Source of the DNA: Deltaproteobacteria bacterium
GTDB lineage: Bacteria; Bdellovibrionota; JACOXK01
NCBI GenBank assembly: GCA_016182335.1
Contig: JACOXK010000058.1
Span: 1-32,000, forward strand
Direction: 5' to 3'
DNA: 32,000 bases
Below, piece by piece: positions 18,013 through 26,615 of this stretch; within the stretch, counting starts at the first letter, position 1, and each line of letters starts with the position of its first letter. The translations under genes and the position numbers were made by a program. The notes below the pieces were generated by a model that was not told the DNA's origin, ran no database searches, and saw only the letters and a program-made list of their open reading frames with translations.

Positions 18013-19033
18013 TCTTCTTATAAGCTTATTTCTAGTGGGCTTGACCTCTCAAGGATTAGCACTGGTTTGGTGGGGCGAAGAAATAACCTCACTTAAATAC
18101 ATTATGCCCATCCAATATTTTGTACGAAATGAAGATGTTTTTTACATGGGGCTTCAAAACTTTGGTATTGATCGTGTCATTTACAATAATTACAAACTTT
18201 CTCGTGATAAAGTTTTTAGATTCTCTGGTATCATGGACCCTTCTGTGAAATTAAACTTCCTTCTTAAAGGCGATATGCTCATAGTTGGAGGCATTTACGA
18301 CGGTTTTTTAGCACTCGATACAAAATCGGATTATCCATCACCCACTTCAAAGAGACATGATCTTGTTTTTAAGCCCAATGAAAATACAATTGTTTATTCT
18401 TCTCTTCTCAAATCCCTCTTATGGAAAGGTCAACTTGTACTTCTTACGGCTGATCAGGTTATTCTGGGTAGTCTGCAGAACCCACTTAAGTTTAACGTCA
18501 ATGCGAGCGTTGGTTTAGCGCCAAATTATCCTTTGCAACCCAATGATTGGAAAGAATTTTGGGCTACCGATATGGCGCTCTATGGCAATTATTTGTACGT
18601 TCTTCTTGCGCATGAGAAAACTCCGCAGATTGCATACCTTAACCTTTCACAGCCACTGGAAAGTCTTAAAGTAAATTATGTTCCCCTCAATGTTTCAGAA
18701 TATTATCTTAAATCCTTAGCGGTTAGTGATAGTAGATTATATATAACTCAGAATAAGACACTTCATAGTTTTGTCATTGATGAAGAAGGCATGCCGACCG
18801 TGGAGTGGTCGCATACCCAGAAGCACTTCATAGAAACTGTAACTACGTTTTCGATGGGTATTATTCTCTCGTTCTTTGAGGCTGGACTTGCGTTCTTTGA
18901 AAATCAAGACCTTACAAAAGAACAGGCCATTATTTTTCCTCCAAAAACTTGGGAGCAGGTTGAGGTTGTGGATAATCTTTTGTTTGGTTCAGCAGGAGAA
19001 GATGGTTTTTATGTATATCAAAAATATAATTAA
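17999..19033 (+). CDS. Secreted protein of unknown function, beta-propeller-like
   Basis: Internal ATG at 17999 gives MKKISLLISLFLVGLTSQGLALVWW (signal peptide) and overlaps the preceding stop by 14 nt. Repeated hydrophobic strands such as KGDMLIVGGIYDGFLALD, YGNYLYVLLAHE, SDSRLYITQNKTLHSFVI. Confidence 0.6.
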   Translation: MKKISLLISLFLVGLTSQGLALVWWGEEITSLKYIMPIQYFVRNEDVFYMGLQNFGIDRVIYNNYKLSRDKVFRFSGIMDPSVKLNFLLKGDMLIVGGIYDGFLALDTKSDYPSPTSKRHDLVFKPNENTIVYSSLLKSLLWKGQLVLLTADQVILGSLQNPLKFNVNASVGLAPNYPLQPNDWKEFWATDMALYGNYLYVLLAHEKTPQIAYLNLSQPLESLKVNYVPLNVSEYYLKSLAVSDSRLYITQNKTLHSFVIDEEGMPTVEWSHTQKHFIETVTTFSMGIILSFFEAGLAFFENQDLTKEQAIIFPPKTWEQVEVVDNLLFGSAGEDGFYVYQKYN

Positions 19034-19667
19034 GACATTGATATTTTTCTCTTTGTGGGGATGGACTGGAACTATCTTGGGTGAGTCGCCTTCGCAAAGC
19101 ACTTGGCTGGATTACGAAATCCGTCTTAAAGCCGTGTACAACCAAAAATATGAGCACCATCATCGACATGAGCTCTCCACTTTTTCATCACTGTATTTTA
19201 GAAATGATCTTAATTTATCATATGGTTTTGGAGCTGATTATGCCTATCATTTCACTCCTACTTTAAGTTGGGAAGCGGCTCATTTTCTTTACTTAAATCA
19301 AGTTGAGACAATACTGCGCCAGGATATAAGAAATAAAACAGGTTTGATACCGGATGTAGAAGAAAATGAATTCTTTGTTACTTCTTCAATCATGTTTCAT
19401 CCTGCGTACGGCAAATTGGCTTTCTTTGGAAGGCACATTGCGTATTTTGATCTCTATGTTGTTGCGGGTGGAGGCATTCGAAAACTCTTGAACCTTTCTC
19501 AACTTAAATCTGCTTTTTCGTTTGGTGCAGGTTTCAGATGCTATCTGAGTCACAAACTTACTCTCAAGATTGATGCCAGAGACATGTTGTTTCAGGAAGA
19601 ACATCAATCCGGTGCATCTATTATTCATTCTTTTACACCTGTTTTAGGATTGAGTTTACTTCTATGA
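19011..19667 (+). CDS. Outer-membrane beta-barrel domain protein (myxobacterial/Bdellovibrio-type)
   Basis: Signal MYIKNIIKTLIFFSLWGWTGTILG, then RLKAVYNQKYEHHHRHELSTFSS...LSYGFGADYAYHFTPTLSWEAAHFLYL...FDLYVVAGGGI, resembling the delta-proteobacterial outer-membrane barrel family. The track ORF opens at 18876. Confidence 0.7.
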   Translation: MYIKNIIKTLIFFSLWGWTGTILGESPSQSTWLDYEIRLKAVYNQKYEHHHRHELSTFSSLYFRNDLNLSYGFGADYAYHFTPTLSWEAAHFLYLNQVETILRQDIRNKTGLIPDVEENEFFVTSSIMFHPAYGKLAFFGRHIAYFDLYVVAGGGIRKLLNLSQLKSAFSFGAGFRCYLSHKLTLKIDARDMLFQEEHQSGASIIHSFTPVLGLSLLL

Positions 19668-20734
19668 AGTTAAAACTCTGTGTCATTACATATTTCATAT
19701 TTACTTTTGCCAATGCAGACTTTCCCCGAATGGCGGATGCATGGCGTGCCTATGCTAACCAAGATTACATTCAATCTTTGCAACAGTTGTACAGGGTCCG
19801 CAGCATTGCTCAAGAAAGAGTGCTTGCTGAAACCTTTTATTTGGAAGGACTTTTGGCTTACCGATTGGGTTATAGTTTGAGGTTGGCAGCCATTTATCAG
19901 ACTTATGAAGTGCAGTTCATGCATAAGCTCTCTTCATTGCCAAATAATATAAAAAAAGATGTTTGCTTGTATTGGGTGAGGCTCTCAAGTCTTCTAGCAG
20001 ATGTTTATAAAAGTATGCTGGTGGTACAATCTGTAGAATTGTTCCAGTCTTTGTCTTCGACTGAAAGTGCACTTCGCACGCCTTCTGGATCTGGGGCTTA
20101 CACGTGGCCTCTGATACTAGCTACTGAGAAAGAAGTACAGGAGGTATGGTTGGATGAATTGGGTGCTGATACCATAATCACTATTTCTGAAAAGAAAGAA
20201 AAGGGGGAGAGTCTTACTCCTGAAATTATTTTTGTTCGTTTAAGCGATGCAGTTTCACGCTCTCTTGTTTTTTATGAACAAAAAATTCTAGAGAAGGATT
20301 TTTTTTATAATCGCCTGCGTTTGCTCTTTTTAGATTATAAATTGGATAGAGGAGAAGGAGGAGAGGAGTTTTTGGTTGTATCTCAAAAAGCTTATCTGAA
20401 ACTCTATGGAGAAAGTCGGTTTTCAATGCTCCAGTCACTCATTCAACTTCGGCTGAGTAGAATCAACTCTAAACTTAAGACATTAAGGGCCATGAGTTTT
20501 AAGAAAAGTGTTACTGCAGTGACAAGCCAAAACTACAAAACTGATCAACCCAATATAGAGCATGTTATTGTTCTAGGCATGATTGAAACAAAGCCTATTC
20601 GCAAGGAAGCAGTGAGGCAAGGGGTGTCTTCTTTTTTCTCGGCTGATCCTGTACCCTATATACCTGGTGCCGGTCCGGAGAGTTGGAATGAGAAAATTGC
20701 AGAGTCCATCCATGACAAAAAAATCTCAGATTGA
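19664..20734 (+). CDS. Secreted/periplasmic helical repeat (TPR-like) protein
   Basis: Signal MKLKLCVITYFIFTFANA; helical repeats WRAYANQDYIQSLQQLYRVRSIAQERVLAETFYLEGLLAYRLGY; overlaps the previous gene by 4 nt. Confidence 0.55.
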   Translation: MKLKLCVITYFIFTFANADFPRMADAWRAYANQDYIQSLQQLYRVRSIAQERVLAETFYLEGLLAYRLGYSLRLAAIYQTYEVQFMHKLSSLPNNIKKDVCLYWVRLSSLLADVYKSMLVVQSVELFQSLSSTESALRTPSGSGAYTWPLILATEKEVQEVWLDELGADTIITISEKKEKGESLTPEIIFVRLSDAVSRSLVFYEQKILEKDFFYNRLRLLFLDYKLDRGEGGEEFLVVSQKAYLKLYGESRFSMLQSLIQLRLSRINSKLKTLRAMSFKKSVTAVTSQNYKTDQPNIEHVIVLGMIETKPIRKEAVRQGVSSFFSADPVPYIPGAGPESWNEKIAESIHDKKISD

Positions 20735-21539
20735 GTTTCGGCTGCTTGTCTTCAACAAGTCTTCTCTGATTAAAAAACTATCTTTTCGAACGGAAGAACT
20801 CATTCTTGGTTCGATAGCTCAATCTCAGGTTAATTTAACTAAGGCAGATGGTACTGTTCTTTTAGAAGGTAGATTCTACTGGAAGTCGAGGTACGTTCTG
20901 ATTTTTGAAAAACACTTCATGCAATCAGAAGAAATACAAGCAACTTTACTCCAGAATCACAATGCAAGTGCTGCCACGTTTGAGTATCAGAATGATGAGA
21001 TGGTAATACAGGTGAGATCTTTGCTCATAGGAGAACCGCCTGATTCTCTGTCAATACGACCTACCTTCACTCAAAATCTGTCTGTTCCAACGATAAAAAA
21101 ACAAGTTCATAAATCAGTATTTGTGACTGCAATGATAGTTCTTGTTGTGCAACTGAGCTTAATAGTAAAACTCAATGAGCGCAAAAACGTGAGATTAGAG
21201 GGGCATGAACAACAAATCTCTAAAGTTTTAGCCCCCACGGTCAACAAACCGTTCATGCCACGTATCCCAGGGCCTAAGCATTATGAAAAAATTATCTTAA
21301 AGAACAAAAAGGATATCGAGTTTTGTCAGAAAAACTTCGATTTTGAGGATGGCCCCGTTCAGTTCAAAGTGCTTATTAATCCTATGGGTGGAGTCTTTTC
21401 TGTCGATGTTTTGTCTTCCACACTTGGTGTGGAAATAATGGAGTGCTTGAATGCGAGAATTAAATCATGGTTGTTTCCCCCTATTGAAAATATTTCAAAA
21501 ACATTATTTTTTGCTGTGAATTTTAAAAAGGAATCTTGA
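20712..21539 (+). CDS. Single-TM protein with AgmX/PglI (GltG/GltJ)-type C-terminal domain and possible degenerate FHA-like N-terminus
   Basis: TM SVFVTAMIVLVVQLSLIV; C-terminus DIEFCQKNFDFEDGPVQFKVLINPMGGVFSVDVLSSTLGVEIMECLNARIKSWLFPPIEN matches the AgmX/TonB-like pattern. Start MTKKSQIEFRLLVFN at 20712; the track ORF opens at 20667. Confidence 0.7.
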   Translation: MTKKSQIEFRLLVFNKSSLIKKLSFRTEELILGSIAQSQVNLTKADGTVLLEGRFYWKSRYVLIFEKHFMQSEEIQATLLQNHNASAATFEYQNDEMVIQVRSLLIGEPPDSLSIRPTFTQNLSVPTIKKQVHKSVFVTAMIVLVVQLSLIVKLNERKNVRLEGHEQQISKVLAPTVNKPFMPRIPGPKHYEKIILKNKKDIEFCQKNFDFEDGPVQFKVLINPMGGVFSVDVLSSTLGVEIMECLNARIKSWLFPPIENISKTLFFAVNFKKES

Positions 21540-21542
21540 CCA

Positions 21543-21632
21543 TTCAATGGATGGATTGGTGAAGATCACGAAGGATTCCTTTAATTTCATCGTTTTCGGG
21601 ATCGAATTGAAGGGATGACTCAAATTCTTTGA
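21543..21632. repeat. 90-bp direct repeat, copy B, within the intact TPR gene 3' end
   Basis: 88/90 identical to 9558-9647; the two differences are synonymous in the TPR reading frame (GAG/GAA and CCT/CCC). Confidence 0.97.
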
Positions 21633-22041
21633 TGGCTTGATTGAGCCAACCCTTTTCGAAATAAATTCTTCCTAAATTAATATGGGGGTAGTGCCTGTAG
21701 GCGTACCTCTTCGATAGTTTTGCCATTTCAAGCCAAGCCATAGCTTCATCCATTTTTCCAAGCCTCATAAGATAGGAGCCTATATCATTGTAGGGATTCC
21801 CAAAATCTGGATCAATAGCAATGGCTTTTTTGCATAATTCAATGGCTTCGCTCAGTTGCTCTTTCATAGACAGCATCCAACCCCAGTAGGTATAGGCCTC
21901 TGGAGTTGGTTCATGACCAATGGATTGTTTGAAACATGAAATCGCAGAATCAATATCTTTTTGGGCCGCATAAGAGCAACCGCTATCCACAAGTTGCAGT
22001 GCCAAGAGAAGCTTCTTATCTAAAATCTTTCTCTCATTCAC
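21544..22041 (-). CDS. Tetratricopeptide repeat protein
   Basis: TPR motifs: PEAYTYWGWMLSMKEQLSEAIELCKKAIAIDPDFGNPYNDIGSYLMRLGKMDEAMAWLEMA and HINLGRIYFEKGWLNQAIKEFESSLQFDPEN. Confidence 0.85.
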   Translation of the reverse strand: MNERKILDKKLLLALQLVDSGCSYAAQKDIDSAISCFKQSIGHEPTPEAYTYWGWMLSMKEQLSEAIELCKKAIAIDPDFGNPYNDIGSYLMRLGKMDEAMAWLEMAKLSKRYAYRHYPHINLGRIYFEKGWLNQAIKEFESSLQFDPENDEIKGILRDLHQSIH

Positions 22042-22044
22042 TTC

Positions 22045-23778
22045 CTATTCCACATATCCATAGCTATCGATATCAAATCCATACGTTGAAACGATTTGAT
22101 CTGCTGCAAGCACAATTTCGATTGTATCTCCATCGACTTCATAGGTCCAAAAAGGCGTTTGAACCCCATCGTAGAAGTCTTCAACTTCCCCTTTCGCATT
22201 TTTAATATAAACAAAATCATATCCCGTTTCAGTTTCAAACTTACTAAAATGAACTCTCATTTTTTTTGCACCCGAATGAGTGATTTTATAGGTATATTCT
22301 TTACTATTGTCGTAATCGTGGGGAGTTGAAATGAGGTGCGTTACATTCTTAAAAAGACTTGGATCGGTAGGGGTACTTTTGGGTGCTTCAAAGTTTGTGA
22401 GTGCATAAAACGCATTGGCTCTTCCATGAGAAATTTTTCTTCGAAGAATTTTAATCTCTTCGGAAGATGTATAAAGTATTTTTTTCAAATCCTGCATTGC
22501 AAGATTCGGATGAGAAGACAGAAGAAGTGCAATCATCCCAGAAATATGCGGCGTGGCCATAGACGTTCCGCTCATGTAACCATAATTGTTCCCAGGTATC
22601 GAACTATAGATAGAAACCCCAGGAGCTGCAATATCGACAGTTGTTTTTCCGTAATTTGAAAATTTTGCTAGCTGATCTTGATTATCCGTTGCTGCAACTG
22701 AGATGACATTCTCAAATTCGTAATTGGAAGGATAGTGAGGGACGACATCGTTATTACCTGCATCATTTCCAGCGGCGGCCACAAAATAAATGCCAGCATC
22801 GGATGCAGACTTGATAGCATCAGCAAGGGCTTGTGAAAATCCCCCCCCACCCCAGCTATTGCTCATCACGTGAACTCCTAAAGTATGCGCATATTCAATA
22901 GCCTTGACTGCATCTTCAAGGGTGCCGGAGCCTCCTGAGCTTAAAAATTTTACTGGGATAAGAGATACACGCCAGGTTACTCCTAGTATACCCACTTCAT
23001 TATTCCCATATGCGCCAATTGTTCCAGCTACGTGGGTTCCATGGCTGTGGTCATCCATGGCGTCATTGGAATTTGAAACAAAATTCCAACCCCTGACGTC
23101 ATCAATAAATCCATTACCATCATTATCAATTCCATCAGTTTCTTTAAAGGCCTGTGCACCTTTATCGTTCGTATATTCGCCTAATTCACCAGGATTTTGA
23201 TATATATTGTTGACTAAGTCTTCATGAGTATAATCGATACCTGTGTCGATGACTGCAACTTTAATTGCTCGACTTCCTATTTCCTGGGTCCAAGCTTGAA
23301 GGGCATCGATATCACTCCCGGGTTTTCCTATTTGGCCGCTTACATCCGTCTGTCCGACATTGTTTAGACCCCAGTTTTTTTCAAACTCAGGGTCTGAAAT
23401 CATGGTTGATTGATCGATTCCCATGATTTGTCTCACTCTGCGTGGAGAGAATGAGGACATATCAATTGAATAAATATAGTTAGGTTCTGCATATTCTACC
23501 TGAGGAAGGTTTCGAATCTTATTTAAAAGAGAGTTGAGTGAGATTTGAGGAGAAAACTTGAGGATGAATAAGTTGAGTTTGAGACTTACCGTTGCAATTT
23601 CCCTAAAACTAAATGCCTTCAGATGGTCTACTGTTGCGCCAGGCTTGAGTTTAACAATGACTTCACCTGGAACATATTTAATTTTGGGTTCCGCCTTCTT
23701 AGAATGGGTTTGGGACTGATAAACCCCCATTCCAATGGCAAAGCTGAGGAATACAACTGCACATAACAACTTTTTCAT
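22045..23778 (-). CDS. Secreted S8 (subtilisin-like) serine protease with C-terminal CUB-like domain
   Basis: Triad motifs VAVIDTGIDYTHEDL, HGTHVAGTIGA, SGTSMATPHISGM; propeptide VPGEVIVKLKPGA. Start MKKLLCAVVFLSFAIGMGV at 23778 after SD GGGGGAGAT; the track ORF opens at 23820. Confidence 0.93.
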   Translation of the reverse strand: MKKLLCAVVFLSFAIGMGVYQSQTHSKKAEPKIKYVPGEVIVKLKPGATVDHLKAFSFREIATVSLKLNLFILKFSPQISLNSLLNKIRNLPQVEYAEPNYIYSIDMSSFSPRRVRQIMGIDQSTMISDPEFEKNWGLNNVGQTDVSGQIGKPGSDIDALQAWTQEIGSRAIKVAVIDTGIDYTHEDLVNNIYQNPGELGEYTNDKGAQAFKETDGIDNDGNGFIDDVRGWNFVSNSNDAMDDHSHGTHVAGTIGAYGNNEVGILGVTWRVSLIPVKFLSSGGSGTLEDAVKAIEYAHTLGVHVMSNSWGGGGFSQALADAIKSASDAGIYFVAAAGNDAGNNDVVPHYPSNYEFENVISVAATDNQDQLAKFSNYGKTTVDIAAPGVSIYSSIPGNNYGYMSGTSMATPHISGMIALLLSSHPNLAMQDLKKILYTSSEEIKILRRKISHGRANAFYALTNFEAPKSTPTDPSLFKNVTHLISTPHDYDNSKEYTYKITHSGAKKMRVHFSKFETETGYDFVYIKNAKGEVEDFYDGVQTPFWTYEVDGDTIEIVLAADQIVSTYGFDIDSYGYVE

Positions 23779-24150
23779 AATAATCTCCCCCTTAGGAACA
23801 CCACACCAGTTCCCTTTCATTTGAGAGCCGTTAAAAAAAATTGCTTGATGAGAAGTGAATATCCGCCTTATAATTTTAACACTAGCATATGATGAGAGAG
23901 TGTCGCAAGTATATTCAGTTTTAAGTTGTTTAAAGTTTTTGCAATAGTGTTTTAATTTTAGTTAATAGGTATAAGAAAATATACAATATATATTAAATTA
24001 ATATATCAAATGAGTTATAGAATTAATGAAAATAATTTTCATTTATCGTTTATAATTTAGACAAATTATATTTTTATTAAACATGGTGAGGCGCTATGAA
24101 AAATGTTGATTTATTTACATTATTGTAGTTATTTGGACATTCTTGCTTTT

Positions 24151-24166
24151 TGGCACAGCACTTGCT
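24151..24166 (+). promoter_or_regulatory. Putative sigma-54 (-24/-12) promoter
   Basis: TGGCAC-AGCAC-TTGCT fits TGGCAC-N5-TTGCW. Confidence 0.5.
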
Positions 24167-24176
24167 ATATAAACAT

Positions 24177-24286
24177 CCGTAAAGTCCACACAGAAGCTTT
24201 TCAAAGAACACCTTCTGTCAAATTTTACACAACACAACGATACCTTATGGAAAACGGCCCGGCACCCAGCTGGGCCGTTTTCTTTT
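24177..24286 (+). ncRNA. Candidate small RNA, about 110 nt (5' end estimated)
   Basis: Lies between a sigma-54-like promoter and a strong terminator. Contains a perfect 7-bp inverted repeat ACAGAAG (24190-24196)/CTTCTGT (24212-24218). No convincing ORF. Confidence 0.35.
24251..24286 (+). terminator. Intrinsic, probably bidirectional, terminator
   Basis: AAAACGGCCC (24251-24260)/GGGCCGTTTT (24272-24281) perfect 10-bp stem, followed by CTTTTT. Also lies directly after the stop of the minus-strand glycosyltransferase. Confidence 0.88.
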
Positions 24287-25389
24287 TATCTAGCTTTTAA
24301 TATGGTCTTGTATACTTTCTCTGTAGTCTGGATTTGATCATCAAAAGTGAATCCCTTGAGAAGCTTACCTCGACCTTGACGGGCCATTTGTAAGGCATCT
24401 TCGGGGTGCTCTATCATCCAAGTTAAAGCTTGAGAGAGGGCCTCTGAATCGTTTGGTGGCACAAGGAGTCCCGTGACCCCGTCCTCTATAATTTGAGGAA
24501 TGCCCCCTACCTTTGTTCCAATAACAGGAGTGCTCATTGCCAAGGCTTGAGGAAGTACTTGTGACGTTGCCTCATTAGCATACGAAGGCAAGACTACAAT
24601 ATCTAATGCTTTCATAATCTGTGGAATATCATGTCGATGTCCTGTAATCAGAACTTTTTTTTCTAGATTCAATTCTTTAATTCTACTCATTAAATGAGTC
24701 TTTCGCGGGCCATCTCCGATAAACATATAGAGTGCCCTAGGAAATTGATTTTGCAGGGTCTGAATAGAGTCTAAAAAACAATCATGCCCCTTCCAACTTC
24801 GAAGGACACCAACAACTCCAATGAGAGGTGAAAAATGTGCTAGATCAAATTCTTTGATAAAAGAACGTTCATCAATATCTGGATGGAATTTATTGAGATC
24901 AACGCCAGCTGGAACACTCACTACTTTTCCTGGAGGGATATTATTTCGATGTATGAGATGGTTTCGAATATCTTCACCGCTTGCAATAACAAAACGCGTG
25001 AGTTTGTCGTAAATAACTTTTGAAGTCCAGTGTTTTTTAACTAGGGTCGATAAATGACGACTTCTGACCATAGGAACTCTTGAAAGATAAGCTGCAATAC
25101 CTGCCGTCCAACTATCTTTTCCACTGTGAGTGTGGACAATGTCTACATTCTCCACACTTATAAGTTGTCGAACCTGCAGTATTCCCTGTGGATCAGCACA
25201 AAAACGAAAAGAGATAGGATAAAAGGGAAGCTTGACACTCTTTGCTTGTCTTCCAAGCTCACTATCGCAAGTACCCGCGAGAAGTACTCTATAACCCTTT
25301 TCTTGAAATCTTAGAGACTCTTCAAGGATGCGAATCTCCTGGCCTCCCCAGCCGTTTGAAGATTCTGTATGAAGCACAGTGATTCGCAT
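24286..25389 (-). CDS. Glycosyltransferase family 4 protein
   Basis: HTESSNGWGGQEIRILEE, PAGVDLNKFHPD, GVVGVLRSWKGHDCFLDS, LPSYANEATSQVLPQALAMSTPVIGTKVGGIPQIIEDGVTGLLVPPND. Confidence 0.92.
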   Translation of the reverse strand: MRITVLHTESSNGWGGQEIRILEESLRFQEKGYRVLLAGTCDSELGRQAKSVKLPFYPISFRFCADPQGILQVRQLISVENVDIVHTHSGKDSWTAGIAAYLSRVPMVRSRHLSTLVKKHWTSKVIYDKLTRFVIASGEDIRNHLIHRNNIPPGKVVSVPAGVDLNKFHPDIDERSFIKEFDLAHFSPLIGVVGVLRSWKGHDCFLDSIQTLQNQFPRALYMFIGDGPRKTHLMSRIKELNLEKKVLITGHRHDIPQIMKALDIVVLPSYANEATSQVLPQALAMSTPVIGTKVGGIPQIIEDGVTGLLVPPNDSEALSQALTWMIEHPEDALQMARQGRGKLLKGFTFDDQIQTTEKVYKTILKAR

Positions 25390-25394
25390 ATTTT

Positions 25395-26606
25395 TTAAGC
25401 ATCAGTTGTCTGTTTACGAATAAAAGTCGGGATGTCGTATTCCTCGTCACTCAACCCCAATTCTTTGGCAATTTTTTTTGCCTGTTCAAGATCTTCATCT
25501 CTCTTTTTGCGTACCATCTGTGGGATGTCTTTTTTTACTTCGGACTTTACTTCAGGTCTTGGCTCTGGTTTTATTTCTCTCTGTTTTAAAATAAAATCTT
25601 GTGCCTGAACGACGGGAATGCTTGCAACACTGGCAGCTTTTCTAGCATCAGCGCCCGTAAATCCCGTAGCAATAACCGTAACTCTGACTTCATCTTTTAA
25701 AGAAGGATCTATTACTTGACCAAAAATAATATCTGCATCTTCATGAGCTGCATCGTGAATAAGGGATGAAGCGGCATTAACTTCATGAAGTGTAAGATTT
25801 GGGCCGCCAGTAATATTAATAATAATTCCCATAGCACCATCAATGGCTATGTCTTCTAAAAGGGGAGAAGATATAGCCATGTTGGCAGCTTCTACGGCGC
25901 GATTACTTCCTGTAGCAATACCCGTTCCCATCAGGGCCAATCCTTTATTAGACATAATGGTTCGAACATCAGCAAAATCTAAGTTGATATGACCTCGAAT
26001 ATTAACCAAATCAGAGATACCCTGAACAGCTTTTAATAAAACCTCATCAGCTTTTTTAAAGGCCTCTACAATGGACATGTCTTGTTCTGCCAGAGAAACT
26101 AATTTTTGATTAGGAATAACAATAAGCGTATCAACACTTTCTCGAAGCTCATCCAAACCGCGCTGAGCTTGCTTCATTCTTTTCTTTCCCTCAAAAAAGA
26201 ATGGCTTAGTGACAACACCAACCGTTAAAGCGCCAACCTCTTTTGCAGCATCTGCAACAACAGGTGCCCCCCCTGTGCCCGTGCCGCCTCCCATGCCGGC
26301 AGTAATGAATACAAGATCACTTCCTGAAAGGACATCTACTAGTTTTGCATAATCTTCCAAGGCTGCGTTGCGACCCACATCAGGATCAGCACCTGCTCCC
26401 AAGCCCTTCGTGAGTTCCACACCTAATTGAATTCTATTGTCCGTAGGTGCAGCCAAAAGTGCCTGCTTATCCGTGTTAGAAACAATAAAATCCACCCCCC
26501 TTAATTTGCTAGTGATCATAGTACTAATGGCATTGCCTCCACCGCCACCTACACCAATGACTCGGATTCTAGCACCTGAATGGGGATTTTCTTCAAATTC
26601 AAACAT
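25395..26606 (-). CDS. ftsZ: Cell division protein FtsZ
   Basis: [50 protein letters not shown]. Confidence 0.98.
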   Translation of the reverse strand: MFEFEENPHSGARIRVIGVGGGGGNAISTMITSKLRGVDFIVSNTDKQALLAAPTDNRIQLGVELTKGLGAGADPDVGRNAALEDYAKLVDVLSGSDLVFITAGMGGGTGTGGAPVVADAAKEVGALTVGVVTKPFFFEGKKRMKQAQRGLDELRESVDTLIVIPNQKLVSLAEQDMSIVEAFKKADEVLLKAVQGISDLVNIRGHINLDFADVRTIMSNKGLALMGTGIATGSNRAVEAANMAISSPLLEDIAIDGAMGIIINITGGPNLTLHEVNAASSLIHDAAHEDADIIFGQVIDPSLKDEVRVTVIATGFTGADARKAASVASIPVVQAQDFILKQREIKPEPRPEVKSEVKKDIPQMVRKKRDEDLEQAKKIAKELGLSDEEYDIPTFIRKQTTDA

Positions 26607-26615
26607 AGTGGCCTC

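Noticed and set aside
9648-21542. Classical transposon ends on the central block
   Set aside because: Sequences just inside the two 90-bp repeats (agtctttccc... and ...aaaggaatcttgac) do not form terminal inverted repeats, and no transposase is encoded.
24103-24300. 65-aa plus-strand ORF MLIYLHYCSYLDIL...
   Set aside because: Runs across the sigma-54-like element and the terminator hairpin; no domain or SD, and the terminator would truncate the message.
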